Shown piece after piece: positions 36,446 to 48,100 of a stretch of DNA of 64,000 nt. Below the pieces are notes generated by a model. The model saw only the letters and a program-made list of their open reading frames with translations. It was not told the DNA's origin and did no database searches. Positions within the stretch are counted from its first letter, which is position 1. Every line of letters begins with the position of its first letter. The DNA is from Piedraia hortae CBS 480.64 (lineage: Eukaryota): contig MU005996.1 in the NCBI GenBank assembly GCA_010093745.1, positions 1-64,000 of the forward strand, written 5' to 3'. Both the position numbers and the translations under genes were made by a program.

Positions 36446-37754
36446 TGTGATTAAAACCCTGTTATATGTTCTCGCCTAACTGCGAAGACACATCGATGCT
36501 TCGTCTGATACGCCATTGTGCGCCTCAGTGATCATGTGTTAAGTCCACTCAGCACACTTGCATGTATAACTGAGTATTCAGTCGCTTAAATATCCTTTTA
36601 TCCATTTCAACGGTTCATATCTTCCATAATCAGTCATGTTTGTGGCGTAACCTCTTACGTATATCTTCCTGTACTAAGTTGAACTTTTACCGAAATGCCC
36701 TCGATCTTGCGAGCTTTAGGTTGCGTTGGCCATTCCTACATCGTTCTCAGAATTCACATTCGCGCAACTGCGACTTTTAGACTCTGATTTAGCTCGGCAG
36801 ACGGCCGGTAAGACACGTTGCGATCGCCTCTAACGTCCGGCTATAGTCTAGGGGCAATTTGCGGGATCGCCAGGAGTGCTTTTCTTCTCTGAACTATATG
36901 TTAGGAGCCTACAGTCTACTGCATAAAGACCCTGAAGTAACACAGCAGTGCGTTGTCGCTGAAAGGCTACAATGCAGGCCTCTGCAACCGGCGCCATCCT
37001 AAGGGCAAGTCAAACTATAGCCAATGGGCCTCCGCAACGTCAAGAGAGCCGTGGCCCGAGAAATAGTGATCACGCTCGCGTAGCCCATATCCGACCCAGG
37101 TATTGTAGGAGTGGCTGAGCATTGATTGATCATCCAACAGCTTGACGGAACCAAGCATCACCCAGACAACGACAAAAGGTGGTCACATCAGAAGAAGGAT
37201 CAAACGGTTTGAATACGCCCTCAAATGATTAGGGGACGGTGGTCTCGCGTTGGGTATTGTCAAAGGGTAGATGTTGAGCTATGACGCAGATGGGGCCAGA
37301 TGGTTGTGGCTTCCTAATGTTTTTGATTTCTGCAGTTTGTGACCTGGCCATAGATAAAGGCAGGCCCTCTCATCATCATGTTTGACATCAAACCCTTATC
37401 ACTCATTTGTCCTCACAGATTTCATTCACGGCCCCTGTGAGAAGTGTTATCTACGACCGCGTAAGTCTATGGTCTAACATTGCTCCACTGCCCGTGGCTT
37501 CTGGAAGTGAAATCACGCTCAATGGTGTCTAGACTTCCGCACAACGATGTTTCCTCTATCACAGCTTTCTGATATTCTAATCTAAATTGGGTAAGGCGCA
37601 GTGTTATTGTCTATTCCTCTCTATATACTGATGGTCGCTTTTGGCCTCTACTTGACCCCACCAGCACTCACTCTGTGATATAGCCAAATTCATTGGGTTC
37701 AGTAATGGGCGGCTCATTAACGCCCGGTACTACCCCGCACAGAAGGTCAACTTC

Positions 37755-38061
37755 TGTCAAAAGGATGTAGCGCCCACTATGATTAGAACCATAGATAGAA
37801 GTCGAAACTTCTAAGGGTTTTTACCTCTATAGAGGAAGTTTTCCCTGAGACGGGTCATTGTCTCGTTCATGCTTAATGGCATGGTTCGCTGACGTTGTCC
37901 TGGCAAATGCGGTTAGACTGAGGTAGTGTGGGGGAGGTTTCGAACCTCACCTCATAGAGATAGACAATTACATTTTCACCTTTTTCAGTAAAAGTTGAGT
38001 GAAAAACTTTTGTCATTGACATCCACTCCGCTCTAGTCCTCGGAGGTTCACCCCTCCGACA
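37755..38061 (-). mobile_element. Solo LTR, family A (307 bp), without a matching TSD
   Basis: Reverse complement of 41065-41371. Flanks ACTTC and CGATG differ. Confidence 0.9.
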
Positions 38062-38234
38062 CGATGAGACTTGACAATCTGTCACTCTGCTCTAACAAAA
38101 GTTCACATCAAACACAACCGAAAGAGAGGCAATCACTCATCAATTTCCATCACTATCTTCGCTCCATCCGACTCAAATATACCTGTCCAAAGTATTCTCG
38201 ACTAAGGCTGTGCTGTTGAGACGAGCCTGGGCCA

Positions 38235-38400
38235 TGTTGGATTCAAGCATCGTCGCTAGCGCGTATGCAGGGCACTTGCATAGCAAGTCAGCGATACCTC
38301 CTACACTACCAGCTGCACCCTAGGTTTTTGCCTCACAGAGGTTTTCCCTCAGGGTCATGTCATATGTGACATGGTGAATACGCCCCGCTAGTGTACGACG
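38235..38400 (+). repeat. Family D repeat (TGTTGG-starting, LTR-like), copy 1; 3' end unresolved
   Basis: Similar to 39371-39515 and 58893-58976 (TGTTGG...CCCTAGGTTTT...CTCACAGAGGTTT.CCCTCAGGGTCATGTC). Confidence 0.6.
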
Positions 38401-38725
38401 TGACGTCACCGGCCCATCGGAACAGAATTTTCATTCTGAACGTCCCCTTATTAAAGATAGTCAATTCACACTACCATACTGCAACTGGTATTTTTGACTT
38501 ACATACATCTACATCTTTCCTGTCCCTGTTTCCGTCTATCGCTCCGCCCTCTTCGGGTCGCTGTGCACTCTCACCCACGAGAGCTAAATACCTCCAGGCC
38601 ATCGAAACCTGGCCATTGTCGAGATCAAAGATAGTGTACATGCTGCGCTGGATGACCCCGTCAGCTTTGATCGAGCCGATTCCAGTATTCGAGAAGATCT
38701 CAATCAGGCACGCGCAGAGATCTTT

Positions 38726-38953
38726 TGTTACGGCGAGGCTGTGTGTGCGCGGGACGGCCCGCGCCGCCTAAGCGCACAGGGAATTTGATACACCGACGCG
38801 CCCTGCTAGTTATTCATAGCCACACTCGCTAACACGCACGAATGAACGGCGCTTCTGGATTAGTTTATAACATCCTAGCTTCCCAGTAGATTGCAGTCTG
38901 GATTGTCCTCGTTGTTGGGACTTATTGAACCTTTTCCTCTGAGCACCGTAACA
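38726..38953 (+). mobile_element. Solo LTR, family B (228 bp), TSD TCTTT
   Basis: TGTTACGG...CCGTAACA 8-bp inverted termini and a perfect 5-bp TSD. Copies at 53761 and 55859. Confidence 0.92.
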
Positions 38954-39370
38954 TCTTTCTGGCGACGGAAATAAGATATGTACCAACCGAAGAAAATATT
39001 ATCCAGTAAAAAAAGTACAAGTCCATTGATGAAGAGCATGTTGGAGGGTTGAGAAGATCAACCAACTGTATGTAAGCCAGGGCGTTTTCGACGAATATCT
39101 CTCCTCGCCATGGCTATTCCAAAGGCGGCGGCAACTATATGAAACCATTTCCTGTCTTAGCGGTGTGGAGTGCACATGTCCGCCATCCGAAATGGAGTTT
39201 TTCGACTCGCCCGCGCTTGTTCTTCTTGAGGGTGTTTAGTGCTCCCGGTTTTTCCTGAAGCTTGAGGTAGTTCGCATAGGTTCGGTTGATTACTCTGATG
39301 GGGGAGCTGCTTGATGCGGTGGATATTTGGTCCGTCAAAGCATCGGGCTGTTTGCACGCTCAGAACGCTT

Positions 39371-39515
39371 TGTTGGCATGAAGTCTCGTTGCTATCAGTG
39401 TACGATGCCACTGCGCGACACCTCTTACACCAGCAGCTACACCCTAGGTTTTGTCCTCACAGAGGTTTCCCTCAGGGTCATGTCGCATGCGACATGGTCA
39501 ATGCGCCCTGCTACT
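39371..39515 (+). repeat. Family D repeat, copy 2
   Basis: Aligns with 38235-38400. Confidence 0.55.
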
Positions 39516-41064
39516 GTTTGAGGTGAGTCATGGAGTAAGACTGCATGCTGACAGTCTTACTGCATGTATAACCACTTGCTTACGGTCATACAATTGATGA
39601 CTCTTCATACGAGGCTACGCACGGGCCTTCCAGCCCAGAATATATTCTCTGATGTTCCCTCGAAGACATACTTGTATTCACTCATAAAACACATCTCTAC
39701 TTTCCATCCATCGTTCTCACTCGTACATACTATCTGTCTTTTCACGCTTGCGGTATTCATTTGGAGGGACGAGCCGGAAGAGAAGAAAGAGGCAATCGAA
39801 GAGGCGATGGGGCGATGAGTGTTCTGGAACAAAGCTTGCCTTCAACCGGTTTGGTGTCGAGTGCAGACTCAGGATGTTGTAAGCCAACAGCTCCTCACCC
39901 GTCCGATGCAATTGCAAGACTGGATTTTTCCTGTCGAAAGATAAACTCGTTATATCTACGGACAGACACCTATTGTACCGCTTTGAGAAGATGCTCTGCA
40001 GTACGGGATTAGTGTAACGATAGTGGGAAAACTGTTTGGTATCGTTGCACCTACCAAAATGGATATATTCTGAGCTAGAGTCTATGATGGTTGGGCACGA
40101 TTGTTGTGCCATTTGGGTACCCTATCAACGCCCCGGGCGATACAAGAAGCTGATATCACTGGCCACCATCCTGAGTGCTGGTAAAATTTTTGCTGCCGAT
40201 ATCTCAGCAGTAAAGAGGCACTAAGGTCGGCATCTCCATCGCCGGAGCTTCTCTTAACCTTCTCGCAATTACTCTTCTGCAACTTTTACATCGCCCCTTC
40301 TGTTTTCATTTTTGGGTAAAGTTTACCAAGAGAGGATGTTGAGCCGTTCACTTTCTTTCACGCTGATATTCGGTGTGGCTGGACCATGCAAGTTGACTTT
40401 CAATCACAAAGATCACGGCTTCTACCTCTCTTTCACCGACAGTTCACTTCTTCTACAATTTCTACGGTCTGGGACGTGAATGAAATGAATGATGAGCTCC
40501 ATCCCCTGCTTTTGATGGGTGGGCCTTCAGTTTTCGTATGAAGTACTGATCAAGCGGTCGAAAAACTTCTCCAGGAGCCAAAATATGAAAGCTAGGCACA
40601 GCAGCAGACCATTCATAGCCTAAACACCGCGACTGGCGCCGGCAATCTTTACAACCATTCCTGTAGTGGATTCATTCGCCCTCCATCAGCGCCCTAGCTC
40701 GAGGCATCAAAATGAATGCCATTTACAGGATTCGGACAAACCGTCCACGTTCATCAGTCTTGCGTCCTGTTAACCGCACTCCACCCAGACCATTCTCATC
40801 CATATTGGCGCCATTCCCCTCTTGTTAAACCGCATCTCACCCTCCCAAGCACAATTCTAGCTAATGCCGTGTAATCCAGCCATTCCAGTGCGCTACCTAC
40901 CAGATCTCGGATATCCCTAACGATATGCACCATCTTCTCTAACCTTACGCACAAAGGAGGCGATTAAACTTCTCGCAGTATTTCAGAGACCACGGACTGG
41001 CTAAATCCATCACGCCACTCTCGCCCTGTGTGAAAGATCAACCTCGGTATCGATCGACACATGG

Positions 41065-41371
41065 TGTCGGAGGGGTGAACCTCCGAGGACTAGAGCGGAG
41101 TGAATGTCAACGACAAAAGTTTTTCACTCAACTTTTACTGAAAAAGGTGAAAATGTAATTGTCTATCTCTATGAGGTGAGGTTCGAAACCTCCCCCACAC
41201 TACCTCAGTCTAACCGCATTTGCCAGGACAACGTCAGCGAACCATGCCATTAAGCATGAACGAGACAATGACCCGTCTCAGGGAAAACTTCCTCTATAGA
41301 GGTAAAAACCCTTAGAAGTTTCGACTTCTATCTATGGTTCCAATCATGGTGGGTGCTACATCCTTTTGACA
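41065..41371 (+). mobile_element. Solo LTR, family A (307 bp), TSD CATGG
   Basis: TGTC...GACA termini, with CATGG at 41060-41064 and 41372-41376. Orientation is assigned arbitrarily. Confidence 0.92.
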
Positions 41372-42360
41372 CATGGTGAAAAAACACAGGCGAAGCGCCC
41401 AAAAAACAATCTGGGATATAAGTAATCGCATAAAATGGTAGACTCTACCCTTCCGTCTCTGCCGGCTCACAGAATAGTCCCTCCACCCTACAAGTGCCAT
41501 CACAAGAACCAGGGGGATTCCGATCCCACCATCTCACGTGATCGTGAAACCATATCCATCTATCCCTCTAATCAACTCCTAAGGTCAGCCTAGTCTAGAT
41601 TATACCTAACCTTCCTCTCATACACTTTCGCACCAAGCGCCATCCCCAAAACAAGTGATATTTCCGATATTCACTGCCATCTTTCCTCTCTCCTATCCGC
41701 GAAGGAATATGCCGCGTAATGGGAAAGTGGACGTGACGCAAATATTGCGAGGTGTGACTTGGGTCGGGTCGGGCCGCGTCATCACGTGCTTAGCACACCA
41801 CTTTCCATAGTTGCGTGAAGGGATCGAGTTGATTCTGTGGAAGCCGAACGGAGTAATTTGTCTTGAACTTGGTGGGTGTGCGCGGCGATAATGATGCGGC
41901 GGAGTTTGACACGGCCAAGGGTGGAGATTGGCATGCGTACGGGTTGAGATGTCGCTGCGAGACAGTGCAAAGAGGAAGTGATACTTTGTGACCTGTGAAA
42001 GTGACTTGGATGGGGATATTGCTGGTGCGTTAGAGGCTGGAGGCTGGAGGCATCATGTCAGTGTGAGTATGCCAAATTCGTCGAGGAGTAGACTTTCAGA
42101 TTCCAGTCCCCCAAAAGCGGGAACGTCATCGAACATAGTCAATCCATCAGACTCCTCCGCAATACTCTCCACATCGAACCCGACTCTCGCCCACCAGCAT
42201 TGTTTTAATTAAAACCCCGCCAAAGCAACCGTAACATCACTCCAAGACCCTATTCACTTTCACGTCCCCAACGTCATAAAACCACCTCAATTATCACATC
42301 ACTGGTATCGAAGAGTAGACTGTCCATCCTACCCCAACCCCCCATTCCCCGACTTCACCA

Positions 42361-44850
42361 CTAAGCCCAAACACCCCTAACTCCCTCCCTCCTCACAGCC
42401 GGCACCCTAATCCCAAATCTATACATCTCCCCGAGCATATGCAAAAACATCTCCTTCCTCTCTTGAATCGGCACATCCCCCACCCTCTTAATCTCCCCCT
42501 CAACCCTCCTATCATACAACCCCAACATCCTCTTCTTCCTCCCCCATCGTAAATCCTTCAACCACGCCTTCTCAAGCAGGATCGTAAACTGCACGGGGAT
42601 GAAAACCCTTCCCGTCTGCGCGAGGTCATTTTCGAAAATCCCCGTCAGTACTTTTGCCCGCTCATTCCCAAACGCATCTCCATCAGCCTCAAGCGACGCT
42701 ACCCTTAGTATAGCCTCTTCCTGAGCTGTCAACCCCTCAGACAAGCCCACCTCCCCAGCCCCCACCGCAAACTTCCCCGCAAGAATATTAAAAACCTCAT
42801 CGAGCTTTATCCTCTGCTTCCCCACCGAACCCCTCCTCTCCGTCCTTATCCCCGTCCACTCCGCCCCCAAACTCTCCCTCACCCTCCTTTCCACATTCCA
42901 ATTAACCCTCCCCACACAGCAGGCATACCTCCACACGACCCTAACGGCGTTGTAACACCTCGCCCTCCACGCAATTTCCATTAGAATGCCAAAGGAGGTC
43001 TCATCCAGCATGACGCGCGGCCGCGCCTTGACCCTCGAATTCCCAATCGCAGCGAGCGCGGAAAGCGCAGCGGAAAAGTCACCGTTCCGCTTCGCGGCCG
43101 CCAGAAATGTGTTTAGTGTGACGGTATCGGGGTACTCGCCTGCTCTGCGGAGTTTGGTAAGCACAAAATTCGCGTCCGCGACTCGGCCCTTCAGGAGGAG
43201 GTGGTGGATCATTTTGTTCGCGGCGGAGGTGGTGAGCCAGGGTCTTGGCTCGGGGGCCGCGCGGTGGCGGGGACAGAAACTCTTTCCGACGTAGGGGAAG
43301 AGGTTGTCGTATAGAGTGAAAAATTGCTGGATGGTGGTGTTTGGTTGGGTCAAGTGGACGGCCAGGTCTTGTGTGATTCGGTGGAGGGCTGCTTCACGGA
43401 GTCCTTTTGGGGAATGGAGGATTCCGCGATGGCGCATTCGGTCGAGGACTAGGAGGGATGTGCGGCGGGGAAAGCAGCGACATGTTAGTCTGTGGAGGGA
43501 GAGGAATGTGATTATGTCGGGTTGGATTTGGTGGTGGAGCATGGTTTTGAGGATGCGGTGGAAGGTGAATATGTCTTCTGATTTAGCGGCTGCGTGGAGC
43601 ATGAGGTGGAAGATAGGGGCGTTGAGTTTGTGGTTGGAATTGGTGATAAGGTTTGAGAGAAGATCACGGGCGAGTCTGTGCTGAGAGTGCGTGTAGATGA
43701 ATTTGAGGGCGGTTGAGGCAGAGTCGGAGGTTACGTGGTTGGACAAACTGCGGATGGAGAAGATGGTGAGGAGTTCGTCGAAGACGGATTGGAGAAATGT
43801 GCGGCCCGTGGGGTCTGATTGGGACATGCGGATGCGTAGGAGGCGCGGAGGGAGGTGCGTCAGATCGTGGACGTAGTTTGTGAATGCAATGGCAGAGTTG
43901 AGGTCGGGACGGAGGTCGGAGAGGGTGAGATTTTTGTTGTCAGACCCCTGGAGGTGCTTGGTGATGGTTTCGGTCAGGGAGTTGACGCGGTGGCCAGACC
44001 AGATGCTGCTCTTGCGATGCCATGCAATCCGGATCTTACTACCGTTTGGACTCTTGCGGAGACTTGCATCTACTGGTGGATCCTTCACGTCCATGAGATC
44101 GGGAAGGGTGTGGATGGCAACGTTGCGTTCCGCTCGAGTTCCTTTGAGGATCAACGCCTGGAACTCCTGGCTGTCTTCACTACACGGCACAATCTGCACC
44201 TCGCAGCCCGTTCTTTGCAGTATTTCCAACTGATTCTGATGGAAGTCTCCCTTAAAAGACGCCCGCGAGTGGTTTGGAAGTCGGACAATTTCCTCTCGTC
44301 TGATAAGACTCTCGGAGCCAGCTACGGCGGACCGATCGAGCAAGTCGAGCGTTTTCGTGAAGCAAACCTCTGCTGATGGACCGCGTTTGCCTCGTTCTCT
44401 CTTTGCCAAGAGTTCTGCCCGTTTCACATGGTCGTGGTAGTTTTTTTGCATCTTCTCTGCCGTGCGGGTCCAGTACGACTTTGACAGGCCTTCCCCCCAT
44501 TGGAATTCAAAAGAGTCTGGCGGAGAGTCGCCTGCTATTTGTCTGCTTTTGACCGTCTTCTCCAGTGTCTCGCTTTGGTCCGCTCTGGCGCCATCCGTTG
44601 CGGCTGAAACCGGCATTTCCAGGGACGACCATTCCCCATCCGGTCCATGCGCACCGCTCTCCGCATTCTCAGCGCTTGAAACGCGACGGGCCTCGCTCAG
44701 GGCTGTGCTCGAGCAATTTGAACGTTCAACAGCGGACCGTCCAATAATGGGCTGTGGGCGCAAAAAGGGCGAGAAAGATTGGGTCATTCGCAGGAATGGC
44801 GCTCGAAATACACCGGGTTGGAGCATGAACTGTCCGGCCTCATCCCACAA
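42361..44850 (-). CDS. Pentatricopeptide-repeat (PPR) protein, probably a mitochondrial RNA factor
   Basis: PPR-like units IFHLMLHAAAK...IQPDIITF and YPDTVTLNTFLAAAKRNGDFSAAL, with an Arg-rich N-terminus. Start is uncertain. Confidence 0.7.
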   Translation of the reverse strand: MWDEAGQFMLQPGVFRAPFLRMTQSFSPFLRPQPIIGRSAVERSNCSSTALSEARRVSSAENAESGAHGPDGEWSSLEMPVSAATDGARADQSETLEKTVKSRQIAGDSPPDSFEFQWGEGLSKSYWTRTAEKMQKNYHDHVKRAELLAKRERGKRGPSAEVCFTKTLDLLDRSAVAGSESLIRREEIVRLPNHSRASFKGDFHQNQLEILQRTGCEVQIVPCSEDSQEFQALILKGTRAERNVAIHTLPDLMDVKDPPVDASLRKSPNGSKIRIAWHRKSSIWSGHRVNSLTETITKHLQGSDNKNLTLSDLRPDLNSAIAFTNYVHDLTHLPPRLLRIRMSQSDPTGRTFLQSVFDELLTIFSIRSLSNHVTSDSASTALKFIYTHSQHRLARDLLSNLITNSNHKLNAPIFHLMLHAAAKSEDIFTFHRILKTMLHHQIQPDIITFLSLHRLTCRCFPRRTSLLVLDRMRHRGILHSPKGLREAALHRITQDLAVHLTQPNTTIQQFFTLYDNLFPYVGKSFCPRHRAAPEPRPWLTTSAANKMIHHLLLKGRVADANFVLTKLRRAGEYPDTVTLNTFLAAAKRNGDFSAALSALAAIGNSRVKARPRVMLDETSFGILMEIAWRARCYNAVRVVWRYACCVGRVNWNVERRVRESLGAEWTGIRTERRGSVGKQRIKLDEVFNILAGKFAVGAGEVGLSEGLTAQEEAILRVASLEADGDAFGNERAKVLTGIFENDLAQTGRVFIPVQFTILLEKAWLKDLRWGRKKRMLGLYDRRVEGEIKRVGDVPIQERKEMFLHMLGEMYRFGIRVPAVRREGVRGVWA

Positions 44851-44949
44851 TCACCAAAACTTTGCGACGGGCGACGGGATGGAGTTGGACGGACGAATTC
44901 CGCGGTTGGCCTGACAGGGGCTAGCGTGAAGCGCGAGCTAAATCAGGAC

Positions 44950-45005
44950 TAGTGCAATTAAGCGCGTGTCGCGTTCCGGCGCGTCCGGCGCGTCCGGCGC
45001 GTCCA
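44950..45005. promoter_or_regulatory. CGCG-core (MCB-like) cluster including (TCCGGCGCG)x3 in the PPR/MRC1 divergent promoter
   Basis: Five CGCG cores within about 45 bp, roughly 110-155 bp upstream of the MRC1 ATG. Confidence 0.5.
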
Positions 45006-45116
45006 ACGTTTCTCTCTGCCACACCCCCGCAACCTCCCACCGCCCTCACGCTGCACTGAATGGACTGGTAGACTATACCACTATCTGCAGTGCTCTCTCT
45101 CTTACGGCATTCTGCC

Positions 45117-48100
45117 ATGGCCGAACTGGTGTCTCCACGGGCCAAAGTGGCCAAGATGCTGGCCGACATTGACAACGCGCCTTCGCCTTCGCCTCCGCCT
45201 TCAAGTCAAAGTCCGGGCGAGAAGGTCACGGAAATGCCGGTTCTGGAATCTATTGAACTGACAAATCAATCAAACGAAGACTCTGACGTGTCGGATGTCC
45301 TGGTCCCGCGAGCCAAAGCGACCAAAGAACGTGGATTACTCGGTCTGAACCGCCGGAACCGCAAGATATCGTCTCCCAGCCCTAGTCCGGCGCCGTCTCT
45401 GGGTCCAGGAACGCCGTTTTACAACTCAACGCCGCAATCCGTAGGCCTATTCGTGAGTCCGACAAAGTCGGCAGGAGACAACAGCGAGAATGAGTTACCA
45501 GCCAATCCGTTTGGCAGCAAGGAGAAGCTGGCCGAACTGCTTGCTCAGAAGCGCGAGAAGCGCCAGAAACACCAGGCCCAGGAGCTCCGGAAGCGTCAGG
45601 AACGGCGACAGAACCGCAGACAACGTGAATCGTCCGAAGAGGAAGAAGTTTCTGTAGAGTCTCAGGATTCCCATGTTGAGAAAATCATGTCTGATGCCGC
45701 CCGGCCGACGCGGAAGGCCAGTAAGAAGGCTCTGTTGGAGATGGAGCGTGAAACCCAGCGACTCTCACGGCAGCAGGCTTTGGCCCACCAGATGAAAGTC
45801 CGCAAGAAGTTCACAACTGCCGATCTCTTGGCCCGTTTTGATGTCAACAAGAGGCGCAACATTGCCCCTTCCCATACCTCTGCTGGCCCGGCGCCTGATT
45901 CGTCGTCCTTTGCTCATAGTGATGGCACGGTGCCCGTTAGTACTCCGCCCTCCAGCCCTCCCACTGCAGGACCCACGCCTCTGCAGAAGCAGCGGGAACT
46001 CGTGGAGCAGGGAGAGCTCAGTAAGCTGGTGACCGTCTCCGAAGACTGGCTGGCCAACTCGGGCAACGTGCACTCGGGCGATGAGCTGCCGGACTTGGAG
46101 GACGTCTTCAGTTCTGCCCGTGGACGCAAGACTTCCCGCTCCAAGTTGGGCATCTTTGGCCCCAAACTGTCCAAGCCACAGCCGTGGAAGCTGCAACAAA
46201 CACACCCTGACAGCGATGATGATCTTGAAATCGTCGTCCCTCTTCCTCCTCACTTGCAGGCCCTGGATAAAGCAACTTTCCAACGAGTACACAAGAAGAA
46301 TGTGGCAGATAACAAAGCTGTGCATGTACTCAAACATCTCTCTCGCATCGGCGCCTATGAGGCGCTGCCGTCCAAACAGCACAAGAACTCCCGTCCCATC
46401 ATCGGGCAAGGTGTGTTGGAGGCCCAGCTGCGGCGGAAGACCAAAGAACAGGCTCTACGACAGCAGCAGGAGCGTATTGCTGAATTGAAAGCCAGGGGGA
46501 TTGAAGTTGAAACTGACGAGCAGCGAGAACGTCAGGCCGAGGAGTTTGTGGACATGCTGGAAAAGGCCAGACAAGAGGCGCAGGAGCTGAGGAAGATGGA
46601 AAAGGCCGCTGCCAAGGCCGCCAAGGGTGGAGATGCCAATGTGGATGTAAGCGATGACGAGGATGAAGATTACGAGGGCTCTGGGAGTGATGAAGACGTG
46701 GAGGACAGAGATGAGAATGAGATGGTGGATGAGGAGGCTAATGTGACTGAAGAGAGCGAGGATGAAGAAGAGAATCAGTCCAAAGAGGGCGATGATAATG
46801 AAGTTGAAGAGTCCTCTGGGGTCAAAGCAGGTGATGGTGAAGACATCCTACCAGTAAGCCCAGTTGATGAAGTATCTCGGGCTGATCAAGTGGAGGCCGA
46901 AACCCCGGCCCCAGTACACCGTCGGGCAAGGCAGTCCAGAGTTATCCAGGACGATGAGGACGAGAATGTCACTCCTGATCAGCCTGCCGACGCCGACCCC
47001 TTTGCAGCCTTTGGTTTCGGGGCTCACAATATTTCCAGCGGCCTGATGAGTCCATCGCAGGCGTTCCAAGCCACCATGGCCACCCCAACCCAGGCCACGC
47101 AAAATTCTTCTGATATTCGCAGCCGTTGGGCGCCTCCTCTGGCCTCGCTGCCCCCTTCTATGCCTGACCTGTTTACTGCCGCCAAGGGTCAAAGTCAGCT
47201 GGGAGTCGTGCCGCAGAGTCAGGAAGAAGAAGAAGAAGAAGAAGAAGAAGAAGAAGAAGAAGCCGTCGGCGCTGAGCCTGCATCGGATATGGACCAACTG
47301 CCGGATACGCCTGTACGCATGGCATTTGATCCAGTTGTCAGCCAAACTCCTTGCTGGGAGCCCACGCAGGACGCTGGTCTGCCGACGCCTGTGAAGCCAG
47401 CTCCGTTGATGCACGGTCATGGCACACAGGACACTTTACCCTCTCGAATCAGTGCAACGCCTGATCCATCGGCTGTTCCAGCAAAGAAGGGTCGTCTGGT
47501 CCGGCGTCGGGCTCAAACTGTCGACAGTAGCGATGATGACGCTGCTACAGCTACTGTGAAGCGTACCAAGCCTGTGGATGCCTTCCAGGAACTCGCTCGA
47601 CGCCGTGCTGCTGCTCTTACCGCTGCCGAGAAGGCTGAAGTTGAACGGGAGATGAAGCACATGATGGATGAACAGGCCGAGGAGTCAGAAGACGAATACG
47701 CCGGACTTGGAGGGGATGATTTCGTAGCACCTGAAACAGAAGAGGACAAGGAGATGATTGATTCTTCACACGTAGACGTCAACGAGCGCGAGTTGGCTGC
47801 CCATTTCGCCGAGCAGGAGCGGCGCAGAAACGAAGAAGAGACCAAACGACTCTACAAAGACCTGACTACCGGCGCCCTGCGTCGCAAACATGCAAACACA
47901 TGGGGTCTGGAAGAAGACGACGACGACATCGCCCACCGACGTCGTCAGATGAGGCTGAAAGAGGAAGAGCGGAAACGTAAACTCCTCCTTCAAGACACCA
48001 ACATTGCCGATCTCGCCCAAGGGAAGCCTACAAAGGGCAAAGACGCCTTCCTCCGCGCCATTGCCGATGACGACGATGACGTCGTCTACAATCTATCCGA

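Noticed and set aside
41170..41200. GGTTCGAAACC as a tRNA gene or tRNA-derived SINE
   Set aside because: No cloverleaf or A-box. The host repeat has TG...CA termini and a 5-bp TSD, so it is an LTR.
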